Source: an uncultured delta proteobacterium (GTDB lineage: Bacteria; Desulfobacterota; Binatia; UBA9968). Taken from it: a DNA stretch of 64,000 nt. The stretch is taken from assembly GCA_963727625.1 (NCBI GenBank), contig CAVSHR010000004.1, positions 1,344,001 to 1,408,000 of the forward strand, given 5' to 3'. Of this stretch, positions 49,691 to 59,181 are shown piece after piece. The first letter of the stretch is position 1. Each line of letters opens with the position of its first letter. The notes beneath the pieces are model-generated. The model saw only the letters and a program-made list of their open reading frames with translations. It ran no database searches and was not told the DNA's origin. The position numbers and the translations under genes are program-made.

Positions 49691-52024
49691 TCACGCCAAC
49701 CGGACCGACGAATAGTATTCGCCGTCGTAATATTGATAGTAATCCTCGTAATCGCCGCTTCTCAGATCGACTCGATTGAGCACCACGCCGAGGAGCTTTG
49801 TGCGCTCGCCGCGCAATTCGGCGAGCGCGCCCTTGACCCAATTCTTCGGGGTTTCCTGCCCGCGCACGACGAAGACCACGCCGTCAACCATCTTGGACAG
49901 CATCACCGCATCGCTCACAGGCATCACCGGCGGCGAATCGATGAATATGAAATCGAAGCTCTCCTTGAGGCGCGTCAAGGCGTCGCGCATTCTTTGCGAA
50001 CCGACGAGTTCGGCGGGATTGGGCGCCGGAGCGCCGCAGTTGAGCACCGAGAGATTGGCCACCGACGTGGGCTGAATCATCCGGTCGAGCTCTTCTTGGC
50101 CGACCAGGAAATCGGTCAGGCCGCGATCGTTGTTCACCCTCAGAGCGCGGTGGCATTGCGGCCGGCGCAAGTCCGCGTCGATCACCAGGCAGTGATAGCC
50201 GAGATGCGCAAACATGATCGCCGTGTTGGTCACCGAAATGGTTTTGCCCTCGCCCGCAGTGCTGCTGGTAAAGAGAATCGTTTGAGGCGGCTGGGCCGGC
50301 CGGGAGTAGAGAATCGAGGTCCGCAGCTTTCGATACGCCTCGGTGATCACGGTAAACCGGAGATTGGAGGGCACCGGACTTTTGTTCGGCACGCAAAGCT
50401 GCGCATCAAGCACCGGCTTGCGCGAGGTAAAGGGCAAGCGCCATTTGGCCGCATTTCTCGGCAAGCTGAAGAAGTCCGGGACGACCACCAGATTGGTCAG
50501 ATGGAGATTGCGCTCGACATCCTCCGGCGTCCGCAGCGTGTTGTCGAAATGCTCCGAGAGAAACGCCCAGCCCAGGCCCGCCATCAAACCGAACACGGCG
50601 GCGAGCATCACCGTCAAGCGTTTCTGCGGCGCCGACGGCAGCAGGGGAATTTCCGCGTTGTCGATAATCGTAATATTCGACGCCGGAATCTCTGCGGCCA
50701 AGCCGACCTCCTTGATCCGTTCCAATACGCTGTCGTAGAGCTGCTTGTTGGTGTCCGCCTCGCGCGACAGGATGGCGTACTCGACCGACGCGTCCTTCAA
50801 GGCCAGGGCGTCGGATTTTTGCCGATTCATCTGTGTTCGGAGATCTTTTTCTTTCGCCGCGGCGGCGTAAAAGGAGGAGTTAATGCCTTCGACGACGCTT
50901 TTGATTTGGGCGGCGAGCCGTTGCCTGGCGTCCGCCAACTGGGCCTGCACCTGAGCCAGCTTCGGATAGCCGGGCTTGAACTGGGCGGCGAGGTTCGCTT
51001 CCTGGCCTTCGAGAGTGACGACCTGCGACTTCAAGTTCTGGATCAGCGGATTGTTGATTACCGCGGGAAGCGAATTGTAGTCGCGCTGCTGGATCATGCG
51101 TGCGTTCGCTTCCACGCCGATGCGCTCCGCTTCGGCCTCGGTGAGCCGCTTGTTGAGGTCGGCGAGGCGATCGACGACGATATTTTCTTTGTCGTCGAGA
51201 GAGATGATGCCCTTGCTGCGGCGGAACTGATTCAGTGACTCCTCGGAATTTTGCACGCGCTGCTTGAGCTCGGCCAACTTGCTTTCGAGAAATTTACGCG
51301 CTCCCTCGTTGGCTCGCGAACGCAATTGGATCCCCTGTTGAATGAAGGCGTTGGCGTGGGCATTGGCGATCGCCGCGGACAGCGCGGGGTCGGGCGTGCT
51401 CACGGCCACGTCCACCAGACGGCTGCGTTTGACCGGATCGATTGCGACCATTTTCTCATAGCCGTTGATCAACCGCGGATCGACGCCATAAGGATCTTGG
51501 GCTTTGCCGCCCGGCGTTCGCTGAGCGGTGATCCAAGCCGTCACCATCGACCATAATTGCCCCAGGGGTGATGCGCTGCTCCCCGTGAAAAGCGGATTCT
51601 TCTCCAGCCCGAGTTGGCGGATCACCGCGGCAGCCAGGCTCCGGCTCTTCAGCATCTCGTATTGGCTCTGATAGTAATTGTGCTCGTCGGACTCCACCGA
51701 CTCCGACAACACCTGCTGGACATTGACGACCTGCGGCCCTTTGCGCTCGATTACGAGCTTGGCTCGCGCCGTATAGATAGGCGTGGCCAGCAGCACGCTG
51801 ACGACGGCGACCACCACGGCTGCGGTCAAGCAACCAATGATGCGCCACTTGTGCTTTCTGGCGATCTGCCAGTAGTCGCGGATATGCGGGGCGTCGCTCG
51901 CATCGACAAGCCGGGCGCTCGCTAGCGGGTCTTCCTCCGCTTGGCCCGGGACAAAATAGAGTGTGCCTCGCTTCGAATAGGGTGAAACATCATTCATAAA
52001 TGACTCTCTCCTGGCCTTCGACAC
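49691..52024 (-). CDS. wzc: Wzc-type polysaccharide co-polymerase / tyrosine kinase
   Basis: Two TM segments with coiled coil; EAYRKLRT; GEGKT; IDADLR; DSPP; Tyr-rich tail YEDYYQYY. Confidence 0.93.
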   Translation of the reverse strand: MSKARRESFMNDVSPYSKRGTLYFVPGQAEEDPLASARLVDASDAPHIRDYWQIARKHKWRIIGCLTAAVVVAVVSVLLATPIYTARAKLVIERKGPQVVNVQQVLSESVESDEHNYYQSQYEMLKSRSLAAAVIRQLGLEKNPLFTGSSASPLGQLWSMVTAWITAQRTPGGKAQDPYGVDPRLINGYEKMVAIDPVKRSRLVDVAVSTPDPALSAAIANAHANAFIQQGIQLRSRANEGARKFLESKLAELKQRVQNSEESLNQFRRSKGIISLDDKENIVVDRLADLNKRLTEAEAERIGVEANARMIQQRDYNSLPAVINNPLIQNLKSQVVTLEGQEANLAAQFKPGYPKLAQVQAQLADARQRLAAQIKSVVEGINSSFYAAAAKEKDLRTQMNRQKSDALALKDASVEYAILSREADTNKQLYDSVLERIKEVGLAAEIPASNITIIDNAEIPLLPSAPQKRLTVMLAAVFGLMAGLGWAFLSEHFDNTLRTPEDVERNLHLTNLVVVPDFFSLPRNAAKWRLPFTSRKPVLDAQLCVPNKSPVPSNLRFTVITEAYRKLRTSILYSRPAQPPQTILFTSSTAGEGKTISVTNTAIMFAHLGYHCLVIDADLRRPQCHRALRVNNDRGLTDFLVGQEELDRMIQPTSVANLSVLNCGAPAPNPAELVGSQRMRDALTRLKESFDFIFIDSPPVMPVSDAVMLSKMVDGVVFVVRGQETPKNWVKGALAELRGERTKLLGVVLNRVDLRSGDYEDYYQYYDGEYYSSVRLA

Positions 52025-52031
52025 TGCCGCA

Positions 52032-53135
52032 TCATCGAATCGGGATGCTCGCGCCCACGCTCATGATCGAACTGAAGAATCGATAGATGCCGTAAGCGAC
52101 CAATTTGGGGCTGGAAGAGCCGACGTCGATGACATCCCCTTCGCGGATCGAGAGATCCGGTTGCGCGCCGCTTTTGATCGAGTCCAGATCGGCGACGAAG
52201 GAGGTCTTCCGTCCGCTCTTGTCGGTACGGATCACTTCCACCGATCCGGTATCGGCCGGAAACATCGGTCCTCCCGCGGCGGCCACCGCGCCCAGGACGG
52301 TGAGCCCGGAAGTGATTTTGTAGGAGCCCGGCTTTTCGACCCAACCCTGCACCAGCACCTCGCCGCCGCCGGGAACCATGATGATATCGCCGGCGCGCGC
52401 CGGCATTTGCAAAAAACGCTCGTTGTTGCTGCGATGGATGCTGTCGAGGCTGATCACGATCGGCTCGACGTTCTTCAAAATAAGCGGCGCGGGATCTTGC
52501 CGGACGACTTGCGACGGCATGGATTGCACGACTTTTTTCGCCTGATCGGAATCCGCCGGCTCGGCGGGGACAAACAGCAGGCGCTCGGCCGCCTCCGGCT
52601 TCATGCCGCCCGCTTGGGAGATCATATTCAAAAGCGTGTCCGAATAACTCGCGAGATTATAGAGTCCGGGTTTCTGCACGGCGCCGATCACCGCCACCTG
52701 CCGGCTGCGAAATTCTTTGACGAACAAATTCACTTGCGGATTACGCATGTAATTTTCTTCGAGGCGACGGCGAATTTCGTCCCTTAACGCTCTCTCTGTC
52801 ATGCCGTCAACTTTGATGACGCCGACAAAGGGTAGCGTAATCGTGCCGTCGCCATTGACCCGTTCCGACATGTTTTTGATTTCATCCATGCCGGGAATGT
52901 TCAGCTCGATCACGTCGCCGGGCCCGATCGGATAGTCGCTGCCACCGCCTTTTTGTTGACGCCGCTCCCAGATCGCGTTGAGGCGCTGAACATCATTGCT
53001 CTGCTGGGTGCTCTCATGGGCGACCGCGCTGGCGGTCGACAGCTTCTCGCCGCCGGTCTCCGCAGGTTGGGTCGCAACAGGGGCGCAACCGGCGGCAACA
53101 ATCAGAATTCCACACCAACCAAGACATAGTTTCAT
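52032..53135 (-). CDS. wza: Polysaccharide export lipoprotein (Wza/SLBB)
   Basis: Lipobox AAGC; DYPIGPGDVI; DGTITLPFVG; GAVQKPG; SLBB repeats. Confidence 0.9.
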   Translation of the reverse strand: MKLCLGWCGILIVAAGCAPVATQPAETGGEKLSTASAVAHESTQQSNDVQRLNAIWERRQQKGGGSDYPIGPGDVIELNIPGMDEIKNMSERVNGDGTITLPFVGVIKVDGMTERALRDEIRRRLEENYMRNPQVNLFVKEFRSRQVAVIGAVQKPGLYNLASYSDTLLNMISQAGGMKPEAAERLLFVPAEPADSDQAKKVVQSMPSQVVRQDPAPLILKNVEPIVISLDSIHRSNNERFLQMPARAGDIIMVPGGGEVLVQGWVEKPGSYKITSGLTVLGAVAAAGGPMFPADTGSVEVIRTDKSGRKTSFVADLDSIKSGAQPDLSIREGDVIDVGSSSPKLVAYGIYRFFSSIMSVGASIPIR

Positions 53136-53271
53136 GGTCGCAACCTCAGGTTCGATCAGTCCATCGAAGTCACCGCACGCATCGGGACAATCCATTCGCT
53201 ACCGGCCTTGTAGGTTCGAAATACCAGAGTGACCTCCCATCGTTCACCGGGCCAACTCGCTCCTGGTCTAT

Positions 53272-53286
53272 GCAAACTGTCTGCCG
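53272..53286 (-). promoter_or_regulatory. Sigma-54-like promoter of the EPS operon
   Basis: CGGCAGACAGTTTGC (GG-N10-GC). Confidence 0.5.
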
Positions 53287-53442
53287 CGAATTTTGCAGTG
53301 CAGTTTGTCAATCATTTCCCGCCGACAACTCAATGCGGACGCGGCCGGTAGGTAAATTTCTGCCATGACCCATCCGCACAGGCGGCGCGCTTGACTGATT
53401 TTCACTGCTTCTAAGAAGCTAACGGTGCATTCCCCACGGGGG

Positions 53443-53577
53443 TCATTCGAAATGGTCATCGTCACAATCCACCTGATGTTGACGCAAGCGATCCAAAGAC
53501 CCGAAGCCTTGGCCACAGTGGCTGCACTCGTAGCAGCGAATCAATTCCGTCGTCGGGCTGGGTTCTTGTTCGTTCAT
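53443..53577 (-). CDS. 44-aa C2H2/C2HC zinc-finger microprotein
   Basis: YECSHCGQGFGSLDRLRQHQVDC fits Y-x-C-x2-C-x3-F-x5-L-x2-H-x3-C; RBS GAGG. Confidence 0.6.
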   Translation of the reverse strand: MNEQEPSPTTELIRCYECSHCGQGFGSLDRLRQHQVDCDDDHFE

Positions 53578-54313
53578 CTCTAACCTCATTGTTGGATCAC
53601 GATCGACAATCCGGCTATGGGGAACACTTGCGCGCCATCTACGATACAAACCGCCGGCGAATGTTCGGCAGTGCTGGCACCACTCTAACTGTCGCGAAGG
53701 CGGATCGCCGAGCGCAACGGCAGCCGCGCTTGATTGCGTGCGAATCAAATCATCAGTTAGTCATCGACTTCAGCAACCGCTGTGCCATCACGTTGATTTC
53801 ACTTCCACTGTTTAAATCTCAACGGTTTAACGCGCTTCGAAGAGAATACGAGATCGCAGATTTGTAGAGCATCCCCTTCACTCACGTCGGTAAATTCCCT
53901 ATTGCGAGGCGCGGACATCCATTGGCGTTGCCTTGCGTGGAGACCGCGGGTCGCTCTCACGGCAGCCCAAAATGAAGTTATTGAAAGGCGGCATCGGCAC
54001 GCCGCGCCGCTCATCGAATGGAGGGACTAAAAAGCTGATGACGCTTACGAAGACGCCCTCGTGACTCGCGCCCTGCTACAATCCGTATGGATCGTCGCGG
54101 GCAACGCCCGAGGCCGATTGGCATAAACGCGGTTCGTCACGGGATCGATTGAGATAGAGTTTCGATTGCGCGCTCTTGGGTCGAGCGCAAAAAGGAGAGC
54201 AAACACGGTGTTTAGAATCACACTCCCGCAGCGCGTGCTTTTCGATAAGCAGTGAATCGGGTGAGGCGTCGCGTTCGCGCAAATTTGATGTTGGTATTCT
54301 CTATAAAAGTGCC

Positions 54314-54339
54314 GGGCGAGGCCGTTCTCGGCCTCGCCC
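54314..54339 (-). terminator. Intrinsic terminator-like hairpin
   Basis: GGGCGAGGCCG-TTCT-CGGCCTCGCCC just downstream of 54353-54739(-). Confidence 0.6.
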
Positions 54340-54352
54340 TGGTTAAAAATAA

Positions 54353-54739
54353 TTATCGTTTCGCCTTGCTCGGCGACCCGGCGCGATCGGCAGATGCTGC
54401 GGACTTATGCACCGAGTCCGCGACCAAATTCGCGCCCTGTTCGCGGTAGGAGATCATGACTTGATCGCCGACCTTGATGGAATCCAGCGACTTCTTGGTC
54501 ATGCCGCCTTGGACTTTCAGGTCGAGTTCCCGATCCGCGGTCTTGACCTTCAATTTACCCGTCTTTGCGTCGATGGCGGTGACTTCGCCGCTCGCCTGCT
54601 TGGCGGTTTCCTTGCTATCGATGCCATGCTCCATTTTTCCTGGAGTCGACGGCTTGGTCTGCGCGTAGCCGGCGCCGGCGCTCAGCGCCAATAGCCCCGC
54701 ACCGGCCAACGAGAACGCCGCATTTATTGTCTTTTTCAT
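54353..54739 (-). CDS. Secreted small OB-fold-like protein (resembles 28562-28903)
   Basis: Signal peptide; GEVTAID..IKVGDQVMISY..ADSV. Confidence 0.7.
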   Translation of the reverse strand: MKKTINAAFSLAGAGLLALSAGAGYAQTKPSTPGKMEHGIDSKETAKQASGEVTAIDAKTGKLKVKTADRELDLKVQGGMTKKSLDSIKVGDQVMISYREQGANLVADSVHKSAASADRAGSPSKAKR

Positions 54740-54768
54740 AAATTCCTCCTGTCGCTTTTTTGATTATT

Positions 54769-55011
54769 CTAACTCATCAGATTGCGCTCTCTTTTTGAGT
54801 CGGCGGTTTGGCGCTCGCACCATTCATTGGCCCAGCGCTTAATTTCTCCGCTGCGGTCGCCGTATCGCTTTTGCACGACACCGAGAAACTTGTCATAGTT
54901 TCCTTCGATTTCGAGCAAGTCATTATCAGTTAGCTGTCCCCATTTCTTCTTGAGCTCGCCTTTCAATTGACGCCAGCTGCCTTTGAATTGATCTTTATTC
55001 ACCGGGTTCAC
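54769..55011 (-). CDS. CsbD-family general stress protein
   Basis: NKDQFKGSWRQLKGELKKKWGQLTDNDL..GVVQKRYG. Confidence 0.9.
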   Translation of the reverse strand: MNPVNKDQFKGSWRQLKGELKKKWGQLTDNDLLEIEGNYDKFLGVVQKRYGDRSGEIKRWANEWCERQTADSKRERNLMS

Positions 55012-55206
55012 CTCCTTTCGTGTTTTTCATGATCGTTACCATCTTTGGTTCTCTCGTCTGTCGCTGTCGTTCGCGGCAGCCGTCGCGCGCTTGATAGTAC
55101 TTGCAGTCAAGGCGCCGATACTGATCGAGCCTGGTTTTATCCTTGGATCGCCGCACGGCGAAAGAATTTCGTCATGTCGCGGAAGATCTCTTGACTGGAC
55201 TGTGAC

Positions 55207-55221
55207 GCACATACGATGCCA
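55207..55221 (-). promoter_or_regulatory. Sigma-54-like promoter upstream of the CsbD gene
   Basis: TGGCATCGTATGTGC. Confidence 0.5.
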
Positions 55222-55578
55222 ATTTGCGCTCTGATTGCGCACCGAGAATTTTCAATGGTTTAGAGCGCGAAGCTTGGCTCGCAATGAACTGAGTTGCAGG
55301 CTGCGGTCCTACGCAACTTGTAGGCCTGCGGGGATTTACCGACATCGGCGTGCCCGGCCATTTGTGGAATAATCCGATAATCTGAATTAATGCCGATGAC
55401 AAGCAGTGGGAAATTTGCGGCACGTCCACCGTGGAGGTTTAGAAAAGCTCTGCGGATCCTCGCGGGCGGGAGGTCCCGATCTTTGTCTTCCGGATTTTGA
55501 CGGCGACGAAAAGATCGGGACCCGATGTGGACAGACAATGTCGGCGGGATTGCTGTTGGTCTGTAAAAAGGCGCGGCG

Positions 55579-55743
55579 CTAAACCGGCGGCCGGCGCCCC
55601 ATGACGAGGCCAACCAGGAATAGAATCAAAAACACGACGAACAAGATCCAGGCAATCTGGGTTGCCGCGCCAGCAATACCACTCAGCCCCAAAACCCCGG
55701 CGATCAGAGCAATTACCAAAAATGTCACAGCCCAATTCAACAT
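55579..55743 (-). CDS. DUF1328 small membrane protein
   Basis: [54 protein letters not shown] (manual translation). Confidence 0.88.
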   Translation of the reverse strand: MLNWAVTFLVIALIAGVLGLSGIAGAATQIAWILFVVFLILFLVGLVMGRRPPV

Positions 55744-55821
55744 CGGTGCGCCCTCCTTTCTGCGAACAAAAGGTTCGCTTGATTACAAAACTTCGGCCTG
55801 CTTTTTTTTGCCATCCCCCCG

Positions 55822-55959
55822 CTACATTCGCACTAACCCCAGGATACCGGTGACGATGAGATAGATTGCCACGATATAGTTAAGCAATCTGGGAATCATC
55901 AGGATCAGGATCCCTGCGATCAGCGCCACCAACGGCTGCAATGCGACGTAGATTTGCAT
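55822..55959 (-). CDS. DUF3096 small membrane protein
   Basis: PLVALIAGILILMIPRLLNYIVAIYLI. Confidence 0.85.
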   Translation of the reverse strand: MQIYVALQPLVALIAGILILMIPRLLNYIVAIYLIVTGILGLVRM

Positions 55960-56010
55960 GTGATCGTCCTCCAATCTTCGTTCATGGCCCGATGCCCGGG
56001 CTCTCAAGCG

Positions 56011-56652
56011 TCAGCGGAGATATGGGCTCGCCGCTTTCCCTGAGGCCGTCCCATCGTCGAGCAGTTCGATTTCGACTCGGGTCGTACCGTGATCGATCAT
56101 GCCCAAGGCCTGCGCGGCGGCTTGGGAGAGATCGATGATCCGGCCTTCGATATAGGGACCGCGGTCATTGATTTCGACTTCAACGGATTTTCTATTGCTG
56201 AGGTTGGTCACTCTCGCCTTGCTACCCAGCGGCAGCGTCTTGTGCGCAGCGGTGAGTTTCTTCGAATCGAAAATGTCCCCGCTAGCGGTTTTTTTGCCGC
56301 TGAATCCCGGGCCATACCAGGAAGCCTCTCCGACCTTTCGCAATCGGAAACGCGAGAGCTCACGGCGCAGATCAATTCCTTCGGTCATACCGTTACCGAC
56401 GCTTTCACCGGCTTCCCCGGGTGTTGCTCGGCCGATGGTTTCTCTCTCCTCTGGACCGTTGAGCGAATCTTCCCAACGGTCCGCAATGGCCGCACATCCG
56501 ACAACGATCGACGCGCATAGAAGGCAGAACAAAATCCACGAGGCTGGCTCGATTTTCATTCCGAGCGACATGATCAACACCAATGGCTTTCGCCGATGCG
56601 TTAAAATTTTCTTGCTGCTCGGCTTATCGCGTCGGACGACTCCGTCACTCAA
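56011..56652 (-). CDS. rlpA: RlpA-family lytic transglycosylase lipoprotein (true start probably further downstream)
   Basis: GEASWYG, TAAHKTLPLG, INDRGP, RIIDLS. Confidence 0.9.
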   Translation of the reverse strand: MSDGVVRRDKPSSKKILTHRRKPLVLIMSLGMKIEPASWILFCLLCASIVVGCAAIADRWEDSLNGPEERETIGRATPGEAGESVGNGMTEGIDLRRELSRFRLRKVGEASWYGPGFSGKKTASGDIFDSKKLTAAHKTLPLGSKARVTNLSNRKSVEVEINDRGPYIEGRIIDLSQAAAQALGMIDHGTTRVEIELLDDGTASGKAASPYLR

Positions 56653-56729
56653 CAGTTGAACACTTTAAATAAATCAGCACTCCCACCGCACGCCTGTCCG
56701 CTATCCGAGAACTTGAACGAAACGCTAGA

Positions 56730-56744
56730 GCAACGCTCATACCA
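56730..56744 (-). promoter_or_regulatory. Sigma-54 promoter
   Basis: TGGTATGAGCGTTGC. Confidence 0.6.
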
Positions 56745-57133
56745 TCACGATGGCAATCTTGGTTTCTCCAGGTAAAGCAGCGGCTTAATCACCGTGTCAC
56801 GGTATTATTTTGGCTTGAAGTGTCAGGACTTTTCCTGCATGCCGTTCGGCTGTCGCGATTTTCGACGTGATTGCGCGATATCTGCGTGACTGCACAAGGC
56901 GATAGCGACGATGTTGCCGCGAGTTGCTCTGAACAAATGCTTGAGTTGCCGAGCAGTCAGATTGCGAATCCAGCGACGGATTTCTTCGGCGCGAGGAGCT
57001 GCTGAAGGGAAACGTCCGAGGTGTCAGTCGTTTTCCTACTCGCACGCCGGTCAAAACACCAACAAACATTTTTGCGCAAATGAGCGCGCGAGCTAAGCTG
57101 TTTAAAAGCAAAGACATCCCTTTCGATGAAAAC

Positions 57134-57148
57134 TGGCACGGCGTTTGT
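57134..57148 (+). promoter_or_regulatory. Sigma-54-like promoter
   Basis: TGGCACGGCGTTTGT. Confidence 0.55.
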
Positions 57149-57246
57149 ACACCTACTTCAACAGATCATTGTTGACGGAAACGTCGTGGAAATGTCCGTC
57201 GTACCTGTGATTTGATCAGCAATAACATTTGGCAGGAGGGTACAAT

Positions 57247-57471
57247 ATGAAAAAACTTCTATTGTTAGCGATGCTGGCGGCTTTCAGCCAGTGGGGCTGC
57301 GAGTTTCTCGGTGGAGCGGCGGTGGGCAGTCTCGCCACCGGCGCCGGCTATGAAATCAACGCCAAGCGGCAAATGGACCGGCTCGAGGATGATTACCGCA
57401 AGGAGCGGATCTCGCGGCGTGAGTACGAAGCTCGCAAAGCCCAGATCGAACGCGGCTCGATCATCTATTGA
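57247..57471 (+). CDS. Small lipoprotein
   Basis: MKKLLLLAML..WGC signal; RBS AGGAGG. Confidence 0.75.
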   Translation: MKKLLLLAMLAAFSQWGCEFLGGAAVGSLATGAGYEINAKRQMDRLEDDYRKERISRREYEARKAQIERGSIIY

Positions 57472-57539
57472 TCTTGGCGCAACCGGCCCCCAATTAAGCA
57501 CGACTGTTGGCAATTTCAAGTTTTTCGGAGGAGAGCCTT

Positions 57540-57863
57540 ATGAAGACGACCATTTTGAAACCTGTTGTTCTATCCATTGCGATAGCTTTGCTTCTGTCCG
57601 CAGCCGGATGCACTTCCCTGACCGGACAGTCGGCCGGTCAGTATGTCGATGACACGACGATCACAGCTTCGGTGAAGGCCAAGTTGGTTGCGGATAAAGC
57701 CGCGAATCTCACTCGTGTCGACGTCGAGACCACCAACAAAGTGGTTTCGCTGAATGGCGTCGTACAATCGCCGGACCAAAAACTGCGCGCTGAGCAATTG
57801 GCGATGCAAGTCGCGGGCGTGCAACGAGTCGATAATAATTTGCAGATCCAGCACCAAAATTAG
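57540..57863 (+). CDS. Single BON-domain lipoprotein
   Basis: Lipobox AAGC; DDTTITASVKAKL..VSLNGVV..GVQRVDNNL. Confidence 0.9.
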   Translation: MKTTILKPVVLSIAIALLLSAAGCTSLTGQSAGQYVDDTTITASVKAKLVADKAANLTRVDVETTNKVVSLNGVVQSPDQKLRAEQLAMQVAGVQRVDNNLQIQHQN

Positions 57864-57917
57864 AACGGCTTGATGCTTGCTGGCATCGGTTTTTACGGAA
57901 CGAAAGAGATCAATGGC

Positions 57918-58202
57918 ATGAAAACTAACGAGGAAGAAAGTTTGGGGCTGTTGCTGGTTGGATTTGCCCTGGGGTTGGTGGCCGGAGTGCTATGGGCGCC
58001 TCCTTCAGGCCGGGATACGCGGCGCGAGTTGCGCCGTGTATCCCGGGACAAGTTAAGCTACCTGATTGATGAGGCCGAGCGACTCCGTGATGGCACCGAT
58101 CATCTGGCCGACAGCTCGAGGAAATGGCTTGCTCGCCTGACGACTTCAAGCCACCCTGCGAAAACGGCAGCAGAGCTCGGTTCCAGGGAATGGAATGTAT
58201 GA
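57918..58202 (+). CDS. YtxH-like protein
   Basis: GFALGLVAGVLWAPPSGRDTRREL. Confidence 0.75.
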   Translation: MKTNEEESLGLLLVGFALGLVAGVLWAPPSGRDTRRELRRVSRDKLSYLIDEAERLRDGTDHLADSSRKWLARLTTSSHPAKTAAELGSREWNV

Positions 58203-58459
58203 GCCATGGACGGCGCCGCTGCCGGCGCTTTTGACTTGGCGACGGCACGATTACACTGCGATTAACCCGTCGTCGAGTTAAACGTCGGTGCTGATATCCA
58301 TACTAGGGCTGCTTTTGGTCGTCTGGCTGTTTGCCGTAATAGCCGGGTATCTGCTTGGCGGATTGATCCATTTGCTTTTGCTCCTTGCATTGATCGTTTT
58401 GTTTATCGATGTTTTGGAACGACGCAAGTTTTTTTGACGCGAAGCAAAGGGAGTAAGCT

Positions 58460-58681
58460 ATGAAACCATTGATATTAGGTGGAATCGGATTGATCCTGCT
58501 CGGTATCATCGCGCTGTCCTACAACCGAATCACCTACACGACCGAAGAGAAAATCGCCGAAATCGGTCCGCTCAAAGCGACCGCCGAGAAGGAAAAGACA
58601 ATCTCGCTTCCACCCCTGTTGGGCGGCTTGGCATTAGTAGCTGGAGTCGGACTGATCGCGGTCGGATATAAGAAACCGTGA
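58460..58681 (+). CDS. Small two-TM membrane protein (DUF3185-like)
   Basis: GLILLGIIAL..IGPLKAT..PPLLGGLALVAG. Confidence 0.75.
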   Translation: MKPLILGGIGLILLGIIALSYNRITYTTEEKIAEIGPLKATAEKEKTISLPPLLGGLALVAGVGLIAVGYKKP

Positions 58682-59181
58682 CTCAGTTCAACCGGCTCCC
58701 TATGATGTTTTAATGGTCAATCGTGCGGATCTTTTGCAAGTACCCATAACCGCTGGCAAGTAAATCCGAAGTGTCCTAAGAGTTATCTAGTGTAGACTGT
58801 TGGATCTGTTTCGGTTGCTACCAGAGCGACCAAAACGCGGCTTAGCGTATAGCGTTTTATCCCTCAAAGCTGAATAGCGATCAAGTCGCGGCGATAGCGC
58901 CGAAGTTACGCCAAGGGGATAAAACGTGTTGGACTAAACTGCGGAGCAGCGCCCAAGTTGCGGCTATGGGGATTTTAATGAGGCAGAGGCGTCACGGCGC
59001 CAGGTTCTGGATGATACGAGGGCATCATCGCAATGGCGATGGGGTGTTGCAAAATTCCAACGTTGGAGATGGCCCGCTGGAAACAGAGCGTTGCGTATCG
59101 TTTTTCGCGTTTGCGGATACACCCGTCCATGCGACTGGCGAGGTCCAGAGACAAACCAGATGAAACTCGACGAAGCTTTGT

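Noticed and set aside
32452-51238. Long plus-strand ORFs (e.g. 32452-34017, 39475-40833, 45616-46920, 49733-51238)
   Set aside because: Antisense shadows of high-GC minus-strand EPS genes with no recognisable motifs.
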